From NCBI GenBank assembly GCA_035776755.1, contig DASTWS010000015.1:5474-69473 (forward strand): DNA of 64,000 nucleotides, in the 5' to 3' direction. The notes beneath the pieces are model-generated. The model was not told the DNA's origin, ran no database searches, and was given only the letters and a program-made list of their open reading frames with translations. Position 1 is the first letter of the stretch, and every line of letters begins with the position of its first letter. Of the stretch, positions 9,477 to 20,891 are shown piece by piece. The translations under genes were made by a program, and so were the position numbers. This stretch comes from Verrucomicrobiia bacterium. GTDB taxonomy: Bacteria; Verrucomicrobiota; Verrucomicrobiia; Limisphaerales; UBA11358.

Positions 9477-12071
9477 ATGCAACCGGAAAAGTTGACGTTG
9501 AAATCGCAGGGAGCGTTGCAGGACGCGCAACGCATCGCCCGCGAACATTCGCATCAGGAAATTGACGGCGAACATCTCGCGCTTGCGCTCATTTCCCAAA
9601 CCGAAAGTTTGATTCCTGATTTGCTGGCGCGCGTTGGCCTAAATGTCGCGACACTGAAATCCGATTTGGAAAATGAATTGGCGAGACGCCATAAAGTTCA
9701 AGGCGGCGAACCATTTGCCGGGAACGATTTGCGCAAATCTTTGGACGCCGCGCAATCGGAAGCGACGAAATTGAAAGATGAATATGTCAGCACTGAACAT
9801 CTGTTGCTCGGCTTGCTCGACGGCGGCGGATCGTCGCTGAAAAAGATTTTCGCCCAGCACGGTTTGAAACGCGACGCGGTCTTGAAAGCGCTTGCCGAGC
9901 TGCGCGGCAACCAGCGCGTGACCGACGAAAATCCTGAAGCGAAATTTCAAGCGCTGGAAAAATACGGACGCGACCTCACCGCGCTCGCCCGACAGGGAAA
10001 AATTGATCCGGTCATCGGCCGCGACGAAGAAATCCGCCGCGTGATGCAAGTGCTCACGCGCCGGACGAAAAACAATCCTGTCCTCATCGGCGAACCCGGC
10101 GTTGGCAAAACCGCTATTGCCGAAGGTCTCGCGCGCCGAATTGTTTCCGGCGACGTTCCGGAATCGCTCAAGAACAAACAACTCGTGGCAATGGATTTGG
10201 GCGCGATGATTGCCGGCGCAAAATATCGCGGCGAATTTGAAGATCGCTTGAAAGCATTCCTTAAAGAAATTGTCGCGAGCGAAGGCAAAATCATTCTGTT
10301 CATTGACGAACTGCACACGCTCGTTGGCGCGGGTGCGGCGGAGGGTGCAACCGACGCCGCAAATATCATGAAGCCGCAACTTGCGCGCGGCGAATTGCGC
10401 TGCGTCGGCGCGACGACGCTGGACGAATATCGCAAGCACATTGAAAAAGATCCGGCGCTCGAACGCCGCTTCCAGCCGGTGATGGTGACCGAGCCGACCG
10501 TTGAGGCGACCATTGCGATTCTGCGCGGACTGAAGGAGCGTTACGAAGTGCATCACGGCGTGCGCATCCAGGATTCCGCACTTGTTGCTGCCGCTCAATT
10601 GTCGCATCGCTACATCACCGACCGGTTTCTGCCGGACAAGGCGATTGACCTCGTGGACGAAGCGGCGTCGCGCATCAAAATGGAATTGGATTCCAAGCCG
10701 ACAGAACTGGACCAACTTGACCGTCAGATTTTGCAATTGGAGATCGAGCGCACGTCGCTGGCCAAGGAAAAAGATTCCGCCAGCAAAGAGCGATTGAAAT
10801 TGCTCGATAAAGAATTGGCCAATCTCAAGGAAAAATCCAAAGCGCTGACGGCGCAATGGCAGAATGAAAAAGCCGCGGTCAATGCCGTGAGCGTCGTGCA
10901 ATCGCAATTGGAGCAGGCGCGGATTGAATTGGAGCAAGCGCAACGTCGCGGTGATTTGAGCAACGCATCGGAATTGCAATACGGCAAAATCCCCGAATTG
11001 GAAAAGAAATTGGCGAAGATTGAAAAACAATCCAACGAGACGACTCGTGCGTCATTGCTCCGGCAGGAAGTCACCGACGAAGACATCGCCCGCGTCGTTG
11101 CGTCGTGGACGCATATTCCCGTTTCGCGGATGCTCGAAGGCGAGCGACAGAAGCTCGTGAAAATGGAAGAACGCCTTGCGCAGCGTGTCATCGGACAAAA
11201 GGCCGCCATCAAAGCCGTTTCGGATGCCGTGCGCCGTGCGCGCAGCGGATTGCAGGACCCGAATCGTCCGATTGGTTCTTTCATTTTTCTCGGTCCGACC
11301 GGCGTTGGTAAAACGGAAACTGCTCGCGCGCTGGCGGAATTTTTGTTCGACGACGAAAACGCGATGATTCGCATTGATATGAGCGAATACATGGAAAAAT
11401 TTTCCGTGCAGCGGCTCATCGGCGCGCCGCCCGGCTACGTCGGTTATGAGGAAGGCGGGCAATTGAGCGAAGCGGTGCGACGCCGACCGTATTCCGTCGT
11501 GCTGTTCGATGAGATCGAAAAAGCGCATCACGATGTTTTCAACGTGTTGTTGCAGATGCTCGATGACGGCCGACTCACGGACGGGCAGGGGAGAACGGTG
11601 GATTTCAAGAACACCATCGTGATCATGACGAGCAATATCGGTTCGCCGATGATCCAGGAATTTTTCATGGAAGGAAAAACATCAACGGCTGCGAAATTGG
11701 ATTTGGAAAATCAGGTCATGGCCGAATTGAAACGTCATTTCCGGCCGGAATTTCTGAACCGCGTGGACGACGTCATCATTTTCCAAAGCCTCGATGAAGA
11801 GGAATTATCGAAAATCGTGGAAATTCAAATTGCCGGACTGGGAAAACGGTTGGCGCAGCAAAATCTCACGCTGGATGTGGATGCTGCCGCCAAGAAATTA
11901 TTGGCCAAGGAAGGATACGATCCGCAATTCGGCGCGCGTCCGCTCAAACGTGCGGTGCAGGAACATTTGCTCAACCCGCTTTCCATGAAATTGCTCGAAG
12001 GGGAGTTCAAGCCGGGAGATAAAATCAAGGTGACGGCAAAGGATGATAAGCTGACGTTTCAGCAAAAATAA
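9477..12071 (+). CDS. clpB: ATP-dependent chaperone ClpB
   Basis: Two AAA modules ([16 protein letters not shown]), a long coiled-coil middle domain and GARPLKR; 864 aa. Confidence 0.97.
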   Translation: MQPEKLTLKSQGALQDAQRIAREHSHQEIDGEHLALALISQTESLIPDLLARVGLNVATLKSDLENELARRHKVQGGEPFAGNDLRKSLDAAQSEATKLKDEYVSTEHLLLGLLDGGGSSLKKIFAQHGLKRDAVLKALAELRGNQRVTDENPEAKFQALEKYGRDLTALARQGKIDPVIGRDEEIRRVMQVLTRRTKNNPVLIGEPGVGKTAIAEGLARRIVSGDVPESLKNKQLVAMDLGAMIAGAKYRGEFEDRLKAFLKEIVASEGKIILFIDELHTLVGAGAAEGATDAANIMKPQLARGELRCVGATTLDEYRKHIEKDPALERRFQPVMVTEPTVEATIAILRGLKERYEVHHGVRIQDSALVAAAQLSHRYITDRFLPDKAIDLVDEAASRIKMELDSKPTELDQLDRQILQLEIERTSLAKEKDSASKERLKLLDKELANLKEKSKALTAQWQNEKAAVNAVSVVQSQLEQARIELEQAQRRGDLSNASELQYGKIPELEKKLAKIEKQSNETTRASLLRQEVTDEDIARVVASWTHIPVSRMLEGERQKLVKMEERLAQRVIGQKAAIKAVSDAVRRARSGLQDPNRPIGSFIFLGPTGVGKTETARALAEFLFDDENAMIRIDMSEYMEKFSVQRLIGAPPGYVGYEEGGQLSEAVRRRPYSVVLFDEIEKAHHDVFNVLLQMLDDGRLTDGQGRTVDFKNTIVIMTSNIGSPMIQEFFMEGKTSTAAKLDLENQVMAELKRHFRPEFLNRVDDVIIFQSLDEEELSKIVEIQIAGLGKRLAQQNLTLDVDAAAKKLLAKEGYDPQFGARPLKRAVQEHLLNPLSMKLLEGEFKPGDKIKVTAKDDKLTFQQK

Positions 12072-12139
12072 TCGCTGCGAAGATTATCGTCGAAATTGAA
12101 TTGCAGTCGGCGCGGCGTGATTTATCGTTTCGCCTCAAT

Positions 12140-13132
12140 ATGTATCAACCATCTCCGGCGCGTTACGATAATCCGTCTTTTTACCGGCGTTGCGGAAAAT
12201 CGGGAATCCAATTGCCGCTGTTGTCGCTTGGTCTCTGGCACAATTTCGGCGGCGCGGACAATTTTGAAAACAGCCGGGCGATTGCGCGTCGGGCATTTGA
12301 CCTGGGCATCACCCATTTTGATTTGGCGAACAATTACGGCCCGCCTTACGGTTCGGCGGAGGAGACGTTCGGGAAATTGTTGCAAATGGATTTTGCGCCG
12401 TTCCGCGATGAATTGATCCTTTCCACCAAAGCCGGTTACGACATGTGGCCGGGGCCTTACGGCAATTGGGGTTCGCGCAAATATCTGCTGGCCTCGCTCG
12501 ACCAATCGCTGCACCGGATGAAATTGGATTACGTGGATATTTTTTATCATCATCGGCCGGACCTGGAAACGCCGTTGGAAGAAACCGCCGGCGCGCTCGC
12601 GCAAGCCGTGAAAAGTGGCAAAGCGCTTTACGCCGCGATCTCCAATTATCCGCCGGAACAGACGTCGCGCATGGCCGCAATTTTGCGCGAATTGAAAACG
12701 CCCTGCCTGATCCATCAACCGAAATACTCCATGTTCGAGCGCACGCCGGAACGCGGATTGTTCGACACGCTGTTGAAAGAAGGCATCGGCAGCATTGTTT
12801 TCTCGCCACTGGCGCAGGGACTGTTGACGAATCGTTATCTGTCCGGCATTCCGGCGGACGCCCGGGCGGCGCGGGATCCGCGGTTTTTGAAACCGGACCA
12901 CATCACGGAGAAACGACTGGCAGTCATTCGCGCGCTGAACGAAATCGCGCAACAGCGCGGGCAATCGCTGGCGCAAATGGCGCTGGTGTGGGTGTTGCGG
13001 CAGCCGGCGGTGACGACGGCGCTCATCGGCGCGAGCAGGCCGGAGCAAGTCGCGGAAAACGTGGCGGCGACAAAAAATCTCAAATTTGATCCTTCCGAAT
13101 TGTCGCAGATCGAGAAAATCCTCGCGATTTGA
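12140..13132 (+). CDS. mgrA: L-glyceraldehyde 3-phosphate reductase (YghZ/Gpr-type AKR)
   Basis: LGLWHNFG, FDLANNYGPPYGSAE and STKAGYDMWPGPYG signature. Confidence 0.9.
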   Translation: MYQPSPARYDNPSFYRRCGKSGIQLPLLSLGLWHNFGGADNFENSRAIARRAFDLGITHFDLANNYGPPYGSAEETFGKLLQMDFAPFRDELILSTKAGYDMWPGPYGNWGSRKYLLASLDQSLHRMKLDYVDIFYHHRPDLETPLEETAGALAQAVKSGKALYAAISNYPPEQTSRMAAILRELKTPCLIHQPKYSMFERTPERGLFDTLLKEGIGSIVFSPLAQGLLTNRYLSGIPADARAARDPRFLKPDHITEKRLAVIRALNEIAQQRGQSLAQMALVWVLRQPAVTTALIGASRPEQVAENVAATKNLKFDPSELSQIEKILAI

Positions 13133-13195
13133 AGACGTCTGCGGCGATCAATCCAACGCTGGCGTTGCCTTGCGGTGTTTGTTATTTTCGATTGT

Positions 13196-14149
13196 GTGGA
13201 CAGTAAACGTTTAGAAATCAAAGTCGGCTTGTTCGTTTTGATCGGCCTGATTTTGCTTGGCGCGTTGATCATCGCCTTCGCCAAAGGCGCGAGTTTTTTC
13301 CGCGGCACGTATGAAGTGCGGATGCATTCGACGACGGTGAGCGGGCTGAAACCGCGCGCGGCGGTCACGCTTTCGGGCGTGCAGGTGGGCAGCGTTTCGG
13401 ACATTCAACTGGCGCCGGACGGCAAAAGCGTCACGATTGTTTTGCAGATTTACAAAGGCACGCCGATCTATTCGGACGCGCGATTTGCCATCCAGCAATC
13501 CGGTTTCCTCGGCGATCAATTTGTGGCCATTCTTCCGCAGGAAAATGAATTGCCGGTGCTGACCAACGGAACGGATGTTGATTGCGATCCGCCGCTGGAT
13601 CTGCAGGAAATGGCGCGGTCGGCGACGGGATTCGTTCATCGGCTGGATGAGACTGCAAAGAAATTGGACGCGGCGGTGACTGATTTGCGGACGCAGGTTT
13701 TGAATGAACAAACGCTGACGAATTTTGCGGTGGCGATCGAAAATGTCCGCACGGTCACGGTCGAAGCGCGCGAAACGGTTGGGGACATCAATCAATTGAT
13801 CTCTACGAACGGCCGGCAAATCAGCCTGGCAGCGAGCAATTTAGTCGCGTTTTCTCAAAGTTTGTCGCATATGGCCGATTCCGCCGACGCATTGCTGGCG
13901 ACGAACGGCGACGCGACCATCGCAGTGAAAAACATTGAAACGGCGACGGAATCGTTGAAACAATTGATGGCTGATATCCAGTCCGGCAAAGGTCTTGCTG
14001 GGACGCTCTTGCAAAACCCGGAAGTGGCGACGAACGTGCAAAACATTGCTTATAATTTGTCCATCACGACGAGCAATCTGAACCGGCTGGGTTTGTGGAA
14101 AATGCTTTGGCATAAAGAATTGCCGAAAACAAATGCTCCGCCAAAATAA
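13196..14149 (+). CDS. MlaD/MCE family protein
   Basis: EIKVGLFV TM anchor, GL...AV..SGVQVG MCE core, GFLGDQFV and a helical C-terminus; GTG start inferred. Confidence 0.88.
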   Translation: MDSKRLEIKVGLFVLIGLILLGALIIAFAKGASFFRGTYEVRMHSTTVSGLKPRAAVTLSGVQVGSVSDIQLAPDGKSVTIVLQIYKGTPIYSDARFAIQQSGFLGDQFVAILPQENELPVLTNGTDVDCDPPLDLQEMARSATGFVHRLDETAKKLDAAVTDLRTQVLNEQTLTNFAVAIENVRTVTVEARETVGDINQLISTNGRQISLAASNLVAFSQSLSHMADSADALLATNGDATIAVKNIETATESLKQLMADIQSGKGLAGTLLQNPEVATNVQNIAYNLSITTSNLNRLGLWKMLWHKELPKTNAPPK

Positions 14150-14237
14150 GAAACGACAATCAAATCCGTCCGGCGAATTAAACCAACGCGCGAATGTCGC
14201 ACAAATCGTAAACCGCCATCTAAAATCTTAAATTTCA

Positions 14238-15284
14238 ATGCCTCAACTCTGGCCAATCCGGATTTTGTTCCTGTGCTTGTGCGCGACCGCCGGTTACGCC
14301 GTGAGCCAGGTGCGGCCGGAATTTATCACCGCTCATTATGGCTGGGCTTTGGGAATGATCATCGGTTTTGGCTTTGGCGCGATCTTGATTGCCATCGATG
14401 AGATGCTCAAAGGATTTTCGTTGCGTGCGTTTTCGGCGATCACTTTTGGCCTGATTCTCGGCACGTTCGTGGCATTGCTCATCGGCTGGTCGGGATTGTT
14501 CGTCAATGCAGATGAACGGGCGCAATGGCTCATCCGCCTGTGCCTGTTCCTGGGATTTGGTTACATCGGCATGATTCTGGCCATGCGCAGCAATAAAGAA
14601 GATTTTTCGCTGATCATTCCGTATGTGCGGTTCGCACCGCAAAGCAAGCCGGACAATCTGTTGTTGCTGGACACCAGCGTCATCATTGATGGGCGCATCG
14701 CCGATTTGATCCAGTTGCATTTGCTCGAAGGCCTGATTCTCGTGCCGCGATTTGTGCTCAAGGAAATCCAACAAATTGCCGATTCCGCCGATCCCATCAA
14801 ACGCGCCCGCGGCCGGCGCGGATTGGAAATGCTCAACCGTTTGCAGCATAACCAGAACGTCGAGGTGCGCATTCATGACGGCGATTTTCCCGAAGAAAAA
14901 GACGTGGATTCCAAACTCGTGCGGCTGGCGCGCAATCTCAACGCGCGTTTGCTGACCAACGATTACAATTTATCCAAAGTCGCCGAATTGCAGAAAATCA
15001 ATTGCATCAATCTCCATGAAGTTGCCAAGACGTTGAAAGTGATTTTGTTGCCCGGCGAAATTTTGCAATTGAAAATCGTTCGCGAAGGCCGCGACAAGGG
15101 ACAGGGCATCGGTTATTCGCCGGACGGCACGATGGTCGTCGTCAACAACGGGCAACCATTCATCGGCAAACAGGTCGAAGTGGAAGTGCAAAGCCTGCTT
15201 CAGACCGGTGCGGGCGTCATCGTTTTTGCCGAGTTGCGGCGCGAAACATCCGGCGACACCTCGTTGCTCATGAAACCCCACTAA
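14238..15284 (+). CDS. Membrane PIN/TRAM domain protein (YacL family)
   Basis: TM helices followed by LDTSVIIDGRI, RARGRRGLE, TNDYNL and GIGY..DGTMVVV. Confidence 0.92.
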   Translation: MPQLWPIRILFLCLCATAGYAVSQVRPEFITAHYGWALGMIIGFGFGAILIAIDEMLKGFSLRAFSAITFGLILGTFVALLIGWSGLFVNADERAQWLIRLCLFLGFGYIGMILAMRSNKEDFSLIIPYVRFAPQSKPDNLLLLDTSVIIDGRIADLIQLHLLEGLILVPRFVLKEIQQIADSADPIKRARGRRGLEMLNRLQHNQNVEVRIHDGDFPEEKDVDSKLVRLARNLNARLLTNDYNLSKVAELQKINCINLHEVAKTLKVILLPGEILQLKIVREGRDKGQGIGYSPDGTMVVVNNGQPFIGKQVEVEVQSLLQTGAGVIVFAELRRETSGDTSLLMKPH

Positions 15285-15291
15285 AATCTCT

Positions 15292-15507
15292 ATGGATTTC
15301 GTCACGGTTTTCAGCACCTTCGACCTTAACGAGGGACAAATTGTCCGTTCCCGGCTCGAAGCCGCGAATTTTCATCCATTCATCGCCAACGAGAATGCGT
15401 CGGCATGGCTTGGCGGCTTCGGAAATTTTTCAAGCGCCGGCATGATCCGCGTCCAGGTTCCGGAAGCCGAAGCCGCCGATGCCACGGAATTTCTCGAGGC
15501 GAAATAA
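15292..15507 (+). CDS. DUF2007-like small putative signal-transducing protein
   Basis: VTVF..F...E..IVRSRLEA...IRVQVPE..A pattern; 71 aa. Confidence 0.7.
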   Translation: MDFVTVFSTFDLNEGQIVRSRLEAANFHPFIANENASAWLGGFGNFSSAGMIRVQVPEAEAADATEFLEAK

Positions 15508-15546
15508 ATTCTTGGCGCGTTTCGCGTAAAAAAGTAATTTCAATCC

Positions 15547-16443
15547 ATGCGACCACTTTGGGCGCTGCTCATTTATTTCGTTGTCATTTTTATCGGCGGC
15601 GCGCTGCTGGCGCCGTGGCTTTACGAATTGGCGCAACACCTGCCGTTTCCAAAAATCGCTAATTCGCCGTTCCATCGCTTCGAAGACCGTGCATTTTTGA
15701 TCCTGGCACTGGCGGGAATTTGGCCACTGCTCAAAGCCTTCGGCGCAAAATCACCGGAAGACCTGGGAATCACGCCGCCTTACGGACAGGCAAGAAAATT
15801 CCTCGGCGGATTGTTGCTCGGATTTTTCTCGCTCGCGCTTGTCGCGGCGCTGGCGATCGGTTTTCGCGAACGGGCCTTCGTTCCGGATTTGACCACGGGA
15901 AAAATCATTAAAACCGTTTTTTCGGCGATCGGAACGGCTGCCGTAGTCTCCGTTCTTGAAGAAATTCTATTCCGCGGCGGTTTGTTCGGCGGATTGCGGC
16001 GATTTCTCTGGTGGCCGTTCGCGTTGCTCACCAGCAGCTTGATCTTTGCCTTCTCGCATTTTCTTCAGCGCGGCGAAATCACCGGCCAGATCAACTGGCA
16101 TTCCGGGTTGGATCTGCTTCCGCAAATGTTCGCCGGCTTCGCGGACTTGCGGGCATTCATTCCGAAATTTTTCTCACTGACACTTGTGGGCATCCTGCTC
16201 TGCCTGGGCTACCAGCGCACCGGCAACTTATATTTCTCCATCGGTTTGCATGGCGGCTGGATCTTCTGGTTGAAAGTTTATGCGTCGTTGACCTACGCCT
16301 TTCCACGCAACATCACCTGGTTTTGGGGCAGTGAAAAAATGGTGGACGGCTGGCTGGCTTTTTTCATTTTAGTGATCGCGCTGGCAATTTTTCGGTTCCT
16401 TCCGCTCGCGGAACGGCGATTGCGATACACGATTGCCGAATGA
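15547..16443 (+). CDS. CPBP (CAAX/Abi) intramembrane glutamic endopeptidase
   Basis: EEILFRG, FAFSH and IGLHGGW motifs with multiple TMs. Confidence 0.9.
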   Translation: MRPLWALLIYFVVIFIGGALLAPWLYELAQHLPFPKIANSPFHRFEDRAFLILALAGIWPLLKAFGAKSPEDLGITPPYGQARKFLGGLLLGFFSLALVAALAIGFRERAFVPDLTTGKIIKTVFSAIGTAAVVSVLEEILFRGGLFGGLRRFLWWPFALLTSSLIFAFSHFLQRGEITGQINWHSGLDLLPQMFAGFADLRAFIPKFFSLTLVGILLCLGYQRTGNLYFSIGLHGGWIFWLKVYASLTYAFPRNITWFWGSEKMVDGWLAFFILVIALAIFRFLPLAERRLRYTIAE

Positions 16444-17180
16444 GCATCGCCGCGCCCATCCGCAAATGGACAAACGTTGCGCTCGGATTTGTCTATCCTG
16501 AAATTTGCGCGCTTTGCGAATCGGAACGCGCATCCGCTAAAGATGGATTCGTTGGCGGGCGATGCTGGCAACAAGTGCGTTTTATCCGTCCGCCATTTTG
16601 CGATCGCTGCGGCCTGCCGTTTGAAGGCGACATCACGACGACATTTGAATGCACCAATTGCCGTGAAATGGATTTGCATTTTTCGTCCGCGCGCTCGGCG
16701 GTCGTTGCCAAAACAGTCGTGCTCGAAGCGATTCATCGTTTCAAATACTCGCGGCATCTATGGTTTGAACCATTTTTGGCCGATCTGTTTTTGCGCGAAG
16801 CGCTGCCGGTTTTGCGCGGACAGAAATGGGATTTCATCGTGCCGGTTCCGTTGTTCCCGATGAAGGAACGCGAACGGGAATTCAATCAGGCCGAACGGCT
16901 GGCACGGCATTTAAGCGGCGCGACGCGAATTCCATTGAACAACCGTTTGCTTCGCCGCATCACCCCGACGTTGACGCAAACGCGTTTGACGAAGCAAGCG
17001 CGCGCGCAGAATATTCGCGGCGCATTTGCGGCCGGTAATGGTGCAAAACTGGACGGTGAGAAAATAATTCTTGTGGATGATGTTTTCACGACGGGCGCGA
17101 CGACGAGCGAATGTGCGCGCATTTTGCGAAAGGCCGGAGCGGGAGACGTTGCTGTCTGGACAGTTGCGCGCGGTTTGTAA
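16440..17180 (+). CDS. comF: ComF family protein (zinc ribbon plus PRTase)
   Basis: CxxC pairs, PVPL, REFNQAE and LVDDVFTTGAT. Confidence 0.9.
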   Translation: MSIAAPIRKWTNVALGFVYPEICALCESERASAKDGFVGGRCWQQVRFIRPPFCDRCGLPFEGDITTTFECTNCREMDLHFSSARSAVVAKTVVLEAIHRFKYSRHLWFEPFLADLFLREALPVLRGQKWDFIVPVPLFPMKEREREFNQAERLARHLSGATRIPLNNRLLRRITPTLTQTRLTKQARAQNIRGAFAAGNGAKLDGEKIILVDDVFTTGATTSECARILRKAGAGDVAVWTVARGL

Positions 17181-17201
17181 TTTGATATGATTCAGGTGTT
17201 C

Positions 17202-18152
17202 ATGGATACAACTTCGTTCACCAAGAAATCTTTTGTCGCCCAGAATGTCGAACCGGCCCTGACGCCGCACAAACAATCTCCGGCCGCCCTGCCCAAAAAG
17301 CCGAAGCTCGGTGCCGCCAAGTCGAAGACTAAAAAGCGTGAAATTCCCGAAGGACTTTGGGTCAAATGCCCGAATTGCGAGGAGATGATTTTCGACAAGG
17401 AACTGGATGAAAATCTAAAAGTTTGTTCCAAATGCCAGCATCATTTCCCCATCGGCTCGCGCGAACGGATTCATTCAATGGTGGAAACCTGCACGTTTGA
17501 AGAAATGGATGCGGAAATGGCGAGCGTGGACATTCTCGGTTTCAAAGGCGTCGCCACTTACACCTCCAAACTCGAAGCCTACAAAAAAAATACGACGCTC
17601 AAAGATGCGGTTGTGACCGGTCTCGGTAAAATCGGGACACATCGCGTGGCGCTCGGTGTCATGGATTTCGGATTTCTTGGCGGTTCGATGGGTTCGGTCG
17701 TCGGGGAAAAATTGACCCGCCTGATCGAACGCGGCACGGAAAAGGAATTGCCCGTCATCATCATTTCCACGAGCGGCGGCGCGCGCATGTATGAAGGCAT
17801 GTTCAGCCTCATGCAAATGGCAAAAACATCCGCCGCGCTCGCGTATCACGCGCAAAAGCGATTGCCTTACATCAGCGTTTTGACGCATCCGACCACGGCC
17901 GGCGTGATGGCGAGTTACGCAAGCCTGGGTGATTTGATTTTAGCCGAGCCAAAAGCGATGATTGGATTCGCCGGGCCGCGGGTCATCAAAGACACGACGC
18001 AGGCGGAATTGCCGCCTGGATTTCAGACGGCGGAATTTCTTCTGGACCACGGCCTGATTGATTCGATTGTCTCGCGCAAGGAAATGAAGTCGCAACTCAT
18101 CAAGTATTTGGATTTCATGACCGCTGCCAAAAAAGCAGCGGCAGCGGCGTAA
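17202..18152 (+). CDS. accD: Acetyl-CoA carboxylase carboxyltransferase subunit beta
   Basis: PEGLWVKCPNC zinc finger, GGSMGSVVGEK, SGGARM and GFAGPRVI. Confidence 0.96.
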   Translation: MDTTSFTKKSFVAQNVEPALTPHKQSPAALPKKPKLGAAKSKTKKREIPEGLWVKCPNCEEMIFDKELDENLKVCSKCQHHFPIGSRERIHSMVETCTFEEMDAEMASVDILGFKGVATYTSKLEAYKKNTTLKDAVVTGLGKIGTHRVALGVMDFGFLGGSMGSVVGEKLTRLIERGTEKELPVIIISTSGGARMYEGMFSLMQMAKTSAALAYHAQKRLPYISVLTHPTTAGVMASYASLGDLILAEPKAMIGFAGPRVIKDTTQAELPPGFQTAEFLLDHGLIDSIVSRKEMKSQLIKYLDFMTAAKKAAAAA

Positions 18153-18196
18153 CTTGAAATCTTGCGCGCACGGTTGAACTGATTAAAATGATCGCC

Positions 18197-18352
18197 ATGA
18201 AATTTGCTTTGGCAATTTTGACCTACGTCGTGATCGCCGCCGTTTTGAGCGCGGGAATTTTGCTCCTGCTTCAAGGCAAGCCGTGGTTGCTGATTGGCGG
18301 CGTTATCGCTTACCTTGTCGCGTTTGCGCAAATCGGCTGCCGCACGCATTGA
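18197..18352 (+). CDS. Small two-TM membrane protein (51 aa)
   Basis: Below the ORF-track cutoff. Manual translation MKFALAILTYVVIAAVLSAGILLLLQGKPWLLIGGVIAYLVAFAQIGCRTH fills the gap after accD. Confidence 0.65.
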   Translation: MKFALAILTYVVIAAVLSAGILLLLQGKPWLLIGGVIAYLVAFAQIGCRTH

Positions 18353-18353
18353 T

Positions 18354-18857
18354 TCAGTTTTTCATCTTGTCGGACGCCCAGTCCCACGCGTCTTTGACGG
18401 ATTGTTTGACCTGCGCATAACCGTTGGTAAATCCGGCTTTGGCTTTGTCCCAGTCGTCGGCAGTCGCCGCTTTGGCTTCCTTCAATTTTTTTGCCAATTC
18501 CGCGCGCTCGACTTTGAGCTTTTTCATTTTGTCCTGCGCCGCGGCTTTTGTGTCGCCGGTGCTGGATGAAGTTTTTTTCGACAACTCCTTGATTTTTGCG
18601 TCCAACGCTTTCAGATCTGTTTTTGCCTTGGCCACAAATTCGTCCTTTTTCTGAAACGTATAATCCGCGGATGCGCCCAGCGTTTCCTTGATGTCGTGCC
18701 AGCTTTGCGTTGCGTTGGTCTTCACATTTTGCCAGGAGCCGGAAGACGCGGCCGGCGGATTCGTTGGCGCGGTTTTGATTTGCGCGAGGGAATCCGGCGC
18801 CGATGTAAAGAGGACGGCGGTCGAGACAACGGTGGACAGGAAAAGCATTCGCTTCAT
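18354..18857 (-). CDS. Exported Lys/Ala-rich helical protein
   Basis: Signal peptide MKRMLF...SLA-Q; amphipathic helical repeats (W..VK, W.KAK). Confidence 0.7.
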   Translation of the reverse strand: MKRMLFLSTVVSTAVLFTSAPDSLAQIKTAPTNPPAASSGSWQNVKTNATQSWHDIKETLGASADYTFQKKDEFVAKAKTDLKALDAKIKELSKKTSSSTGDTKAAAQDKMKKLKVERAELAKKLKEAKAATADDWDKAKAGFTNGYAQVKQSVKDAWDWASDKMKN

Positions 18858-18936
18858 GATTCCATTATTCGCAGAAAGCTGATTTGCGCAAATCATTTTC
18901 ATTCGCCGACTGCGGCGGTTTTGCTAATTTGGACGC

Positions 18937-19719
18937 ATGGCGTTTGAAGTCACATTTCTGGGCACCGGCACTTCGCAAGGCGTGCCGATCATCGGCAAAG
19001 AATATCCGCCAGAATTTCTGGCCAACCCAAAAAATTGGCGCACGCGGCCGTCCATCTACGTCGCCACTGATAAAATCAAGATCGCCGTGGACACGACGCC
19101 GGAATTTCGTCTCCAATGCCTGCGCGAAAAAATTTCCTGGCTCGATGCCGTCCTGCTCACCCATGCCCACGCCGATCACATCATGGGACTGGACGATTGC
19201 CGTCGCTTTTGTGATCTGAGCGGCAAGCCGCTGCCGATTTACGCCAGCGCCGAAACGATGGAGCATGTCAAACGCGTCTTCATTTACGCCTTCGACGGAC
19301 GGCCGATCTGGAAAGGTTATTTTCATCCCGAACCACATTTGATCGAAGGTCAATTCACGCTGGGCGATCTGGAAATCGTTCCGCTGGCGCTGCCACATGG
19401 CTCGATGACGACGACGGGTTTTTTATTCCTGCAAAATGGAAAAAAGCGGCTCGCCTATCTGAGCGATTGCAAAGAAATCCCTACCGACGCGATGGAACGC
19501 GTCCGCGGCGTCGAAATCGTCGTGCTCGACGCGCTGCGGCCCAATCCGCATCCCACGCACATGTGTCTGGATGAAGCGCTGACCGCCGCCCGCCGAATTG
19601 CGGCCGGAAAAACTTTTTTCACACACCTGACGCACGATTATGATCATGATCGGTCGCAATCGGAAATGCCCGAAGGCATCACGCTGGCGTTTGATGGACT
19701 GAAAATTTCTGCCGTATGA
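18937..19719 (+). CDS. MBL-fold metallohydrolase (PhnP-like)
   Basis: [22 protein letters not shown] and THLTH motifs. Confidence 0.9.
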   Translation: MAFEVTFLGTGTSQGVPIIGKEYPPEFLANPKNWRTRPSIYVATDKIKIAVDTTPEFRLQCLREKISWLDAVLLTHAHADHIMGLDDCRRFCDLSGKPLPIYASAETMEHVKRVFIYAFDGRPIWKGYFHPEPHLIEGQFTLGDLEIVPLALPHGSMTTTGFLFLQNGKKRLAYLSDCKEIPTDAMERVRGVEIVVLDALRPNPHPTHMCLDEALTAARRIAAGKTFFTHLTHDYDHDRSQSEMPEGITLAFDGLKISAV

Positions 19720-20891
19720 GAACATTCACCATTTCAATCGCGATTTTTGTCTGCGCAAATGTTTTTGCTGCCGATAAACAATTCGTTCCGCCGGCGAAGC
19801 CGCAAATGCAGCCGATTTCCAGCCACGACACGCCGGCATATCGCGCGGCGAAAATGTTCAGGCACGGCGTGAACCTCGGCAATTATCTGGAAGCGCCGCC
19901 GTCGCAAAGCTGGGGCGTGACGGTTTCTGCGGATGAATTCGCCAAAATGCGGGCAGAAGGTTTTGACCACGTGCGTGTTCCGATCGGTTGGCAGCAATAC
20001 GCCGGCAAGGGGCCGGATTTCATTTTATCGCCTGAAATTTTTTCGCGCGTGGATTTCGTCGTGACCAATGCGTTAAAAAATCGTCTGGCCGTCATCATTA
20101 ATATCCATCATTTCAACGGCCTTGATGAAAATCCGATCAATGCGACCCCGAAATTTCTGGCGCTATGGAAACAAATTGCGGCGCATTACAAAAAATTCCC
20201 GATGCAATTGGCGTTTGAATTGGATAACGAACCGCACGACAACGCGACGGCGGCGGCGATGAATCCAATTTATGCAAAGTCGATTTTGGAAATCCGCAAA
20301 TCGAATCCGCGCCGGACGATTTTCGTTGAACCGGCAACCTGGGGCAGCATTGATCAATTGACTAATCTGACTCTGCCTGCGGATGATAATGTCATCGTCT
20401 CCGTGCATTGTTACGATCCGTTTTACTTTACGCATCAAGGCGCGACGTGGGCGGGTGATGACACGAAAGTTGTCGGAATCCAATTTCCCGGTCCTCCGGC
20501 GAAGCCGCTCGTTCCGGATGCGTCGCTGAAATTAAATCCCTGGGTCACGAATTGGATCGCGCGATATAATTCGTTGCCAACGGCACAAAATCCGAGCGGT
20601 CCGATTGCGTTTGAAAATGAAATCAAATTCGCGAAAGCCTGGTCGGATTTTTACGGCAGGCCGATTCATTTCGGCGAATTTGGCGCCTACACGAAAGCTG
20701 ACGAACAATCGCGCGCCAATTTTTACGGGGCCTTTCGTCATGCTCTTGAAAAGGAAAAAATCGGCTGGGCGATTTGGGATTGGAGCGCAGGGTTTTGTTA
20801 TTGGGACAAGAAAAAGAACCAGCCGATGCCGGGAATGCACGACGCGCTTTTCGGAAAGCCTTCCGCAATAAAAACGATTTCGCGTAATTGA
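19716..20891 (+). CDS. Exported glycoside hydrolase family 5
   Basis: Signal peptide; [21 protein letters not shown] (acid/base), VHCY and GEFG (nucleophile). Confidence 0.9.
   Translation: MRTFTISIAIFVCANVFAADKQFVPPAKPQMQPISSHDTPAYRAAKMFRHGVNLGNYLEAPPSQSWGVTVSADEFAKMRAEGFDHVRVPIGWQQYAGKGPDFILSPEIFSRVDFVVTNALKNRLAVIINIHHFNGLDENPINATPKFLALWKQIAAHYKKFPMQLAFELDNEPHDNATAAAMNPIYAKSILEIRKSNPRRTIFVEPATWGSIDQLTNLTLPADDNVIVSVHCYDPFYFTHQGATWAGDDTKVVGIQFPGPPAKPLVPDASLKLNPWVTNWIARYNSLPTAQNPSGPIAFENEIKFAKAWSDFYGRPIHFGEFGAYTKADEQSRANFYGAFRHALEKEKIGWAIWDWSAGFCYWDKKKNQPMPGMHDALFGKPSAIKTISRN

Noticed and set aside
9639..13048. Long antisense ORFs over clpB and mgrA (for example 463 aa and 308 aa)
   Set aside because: These are typical reverse-frame shadows of GC-rich genes, with no recognisable motifs.
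14238..16443. PIN-domain and CPBP/Abi genes as a toxin-antitoxin or phage defence system
   Set aside because: YacL-type PIN/TRAM and CPBP proteases are common housekeeping membrane proteins; there is no antitoxin or defence context.
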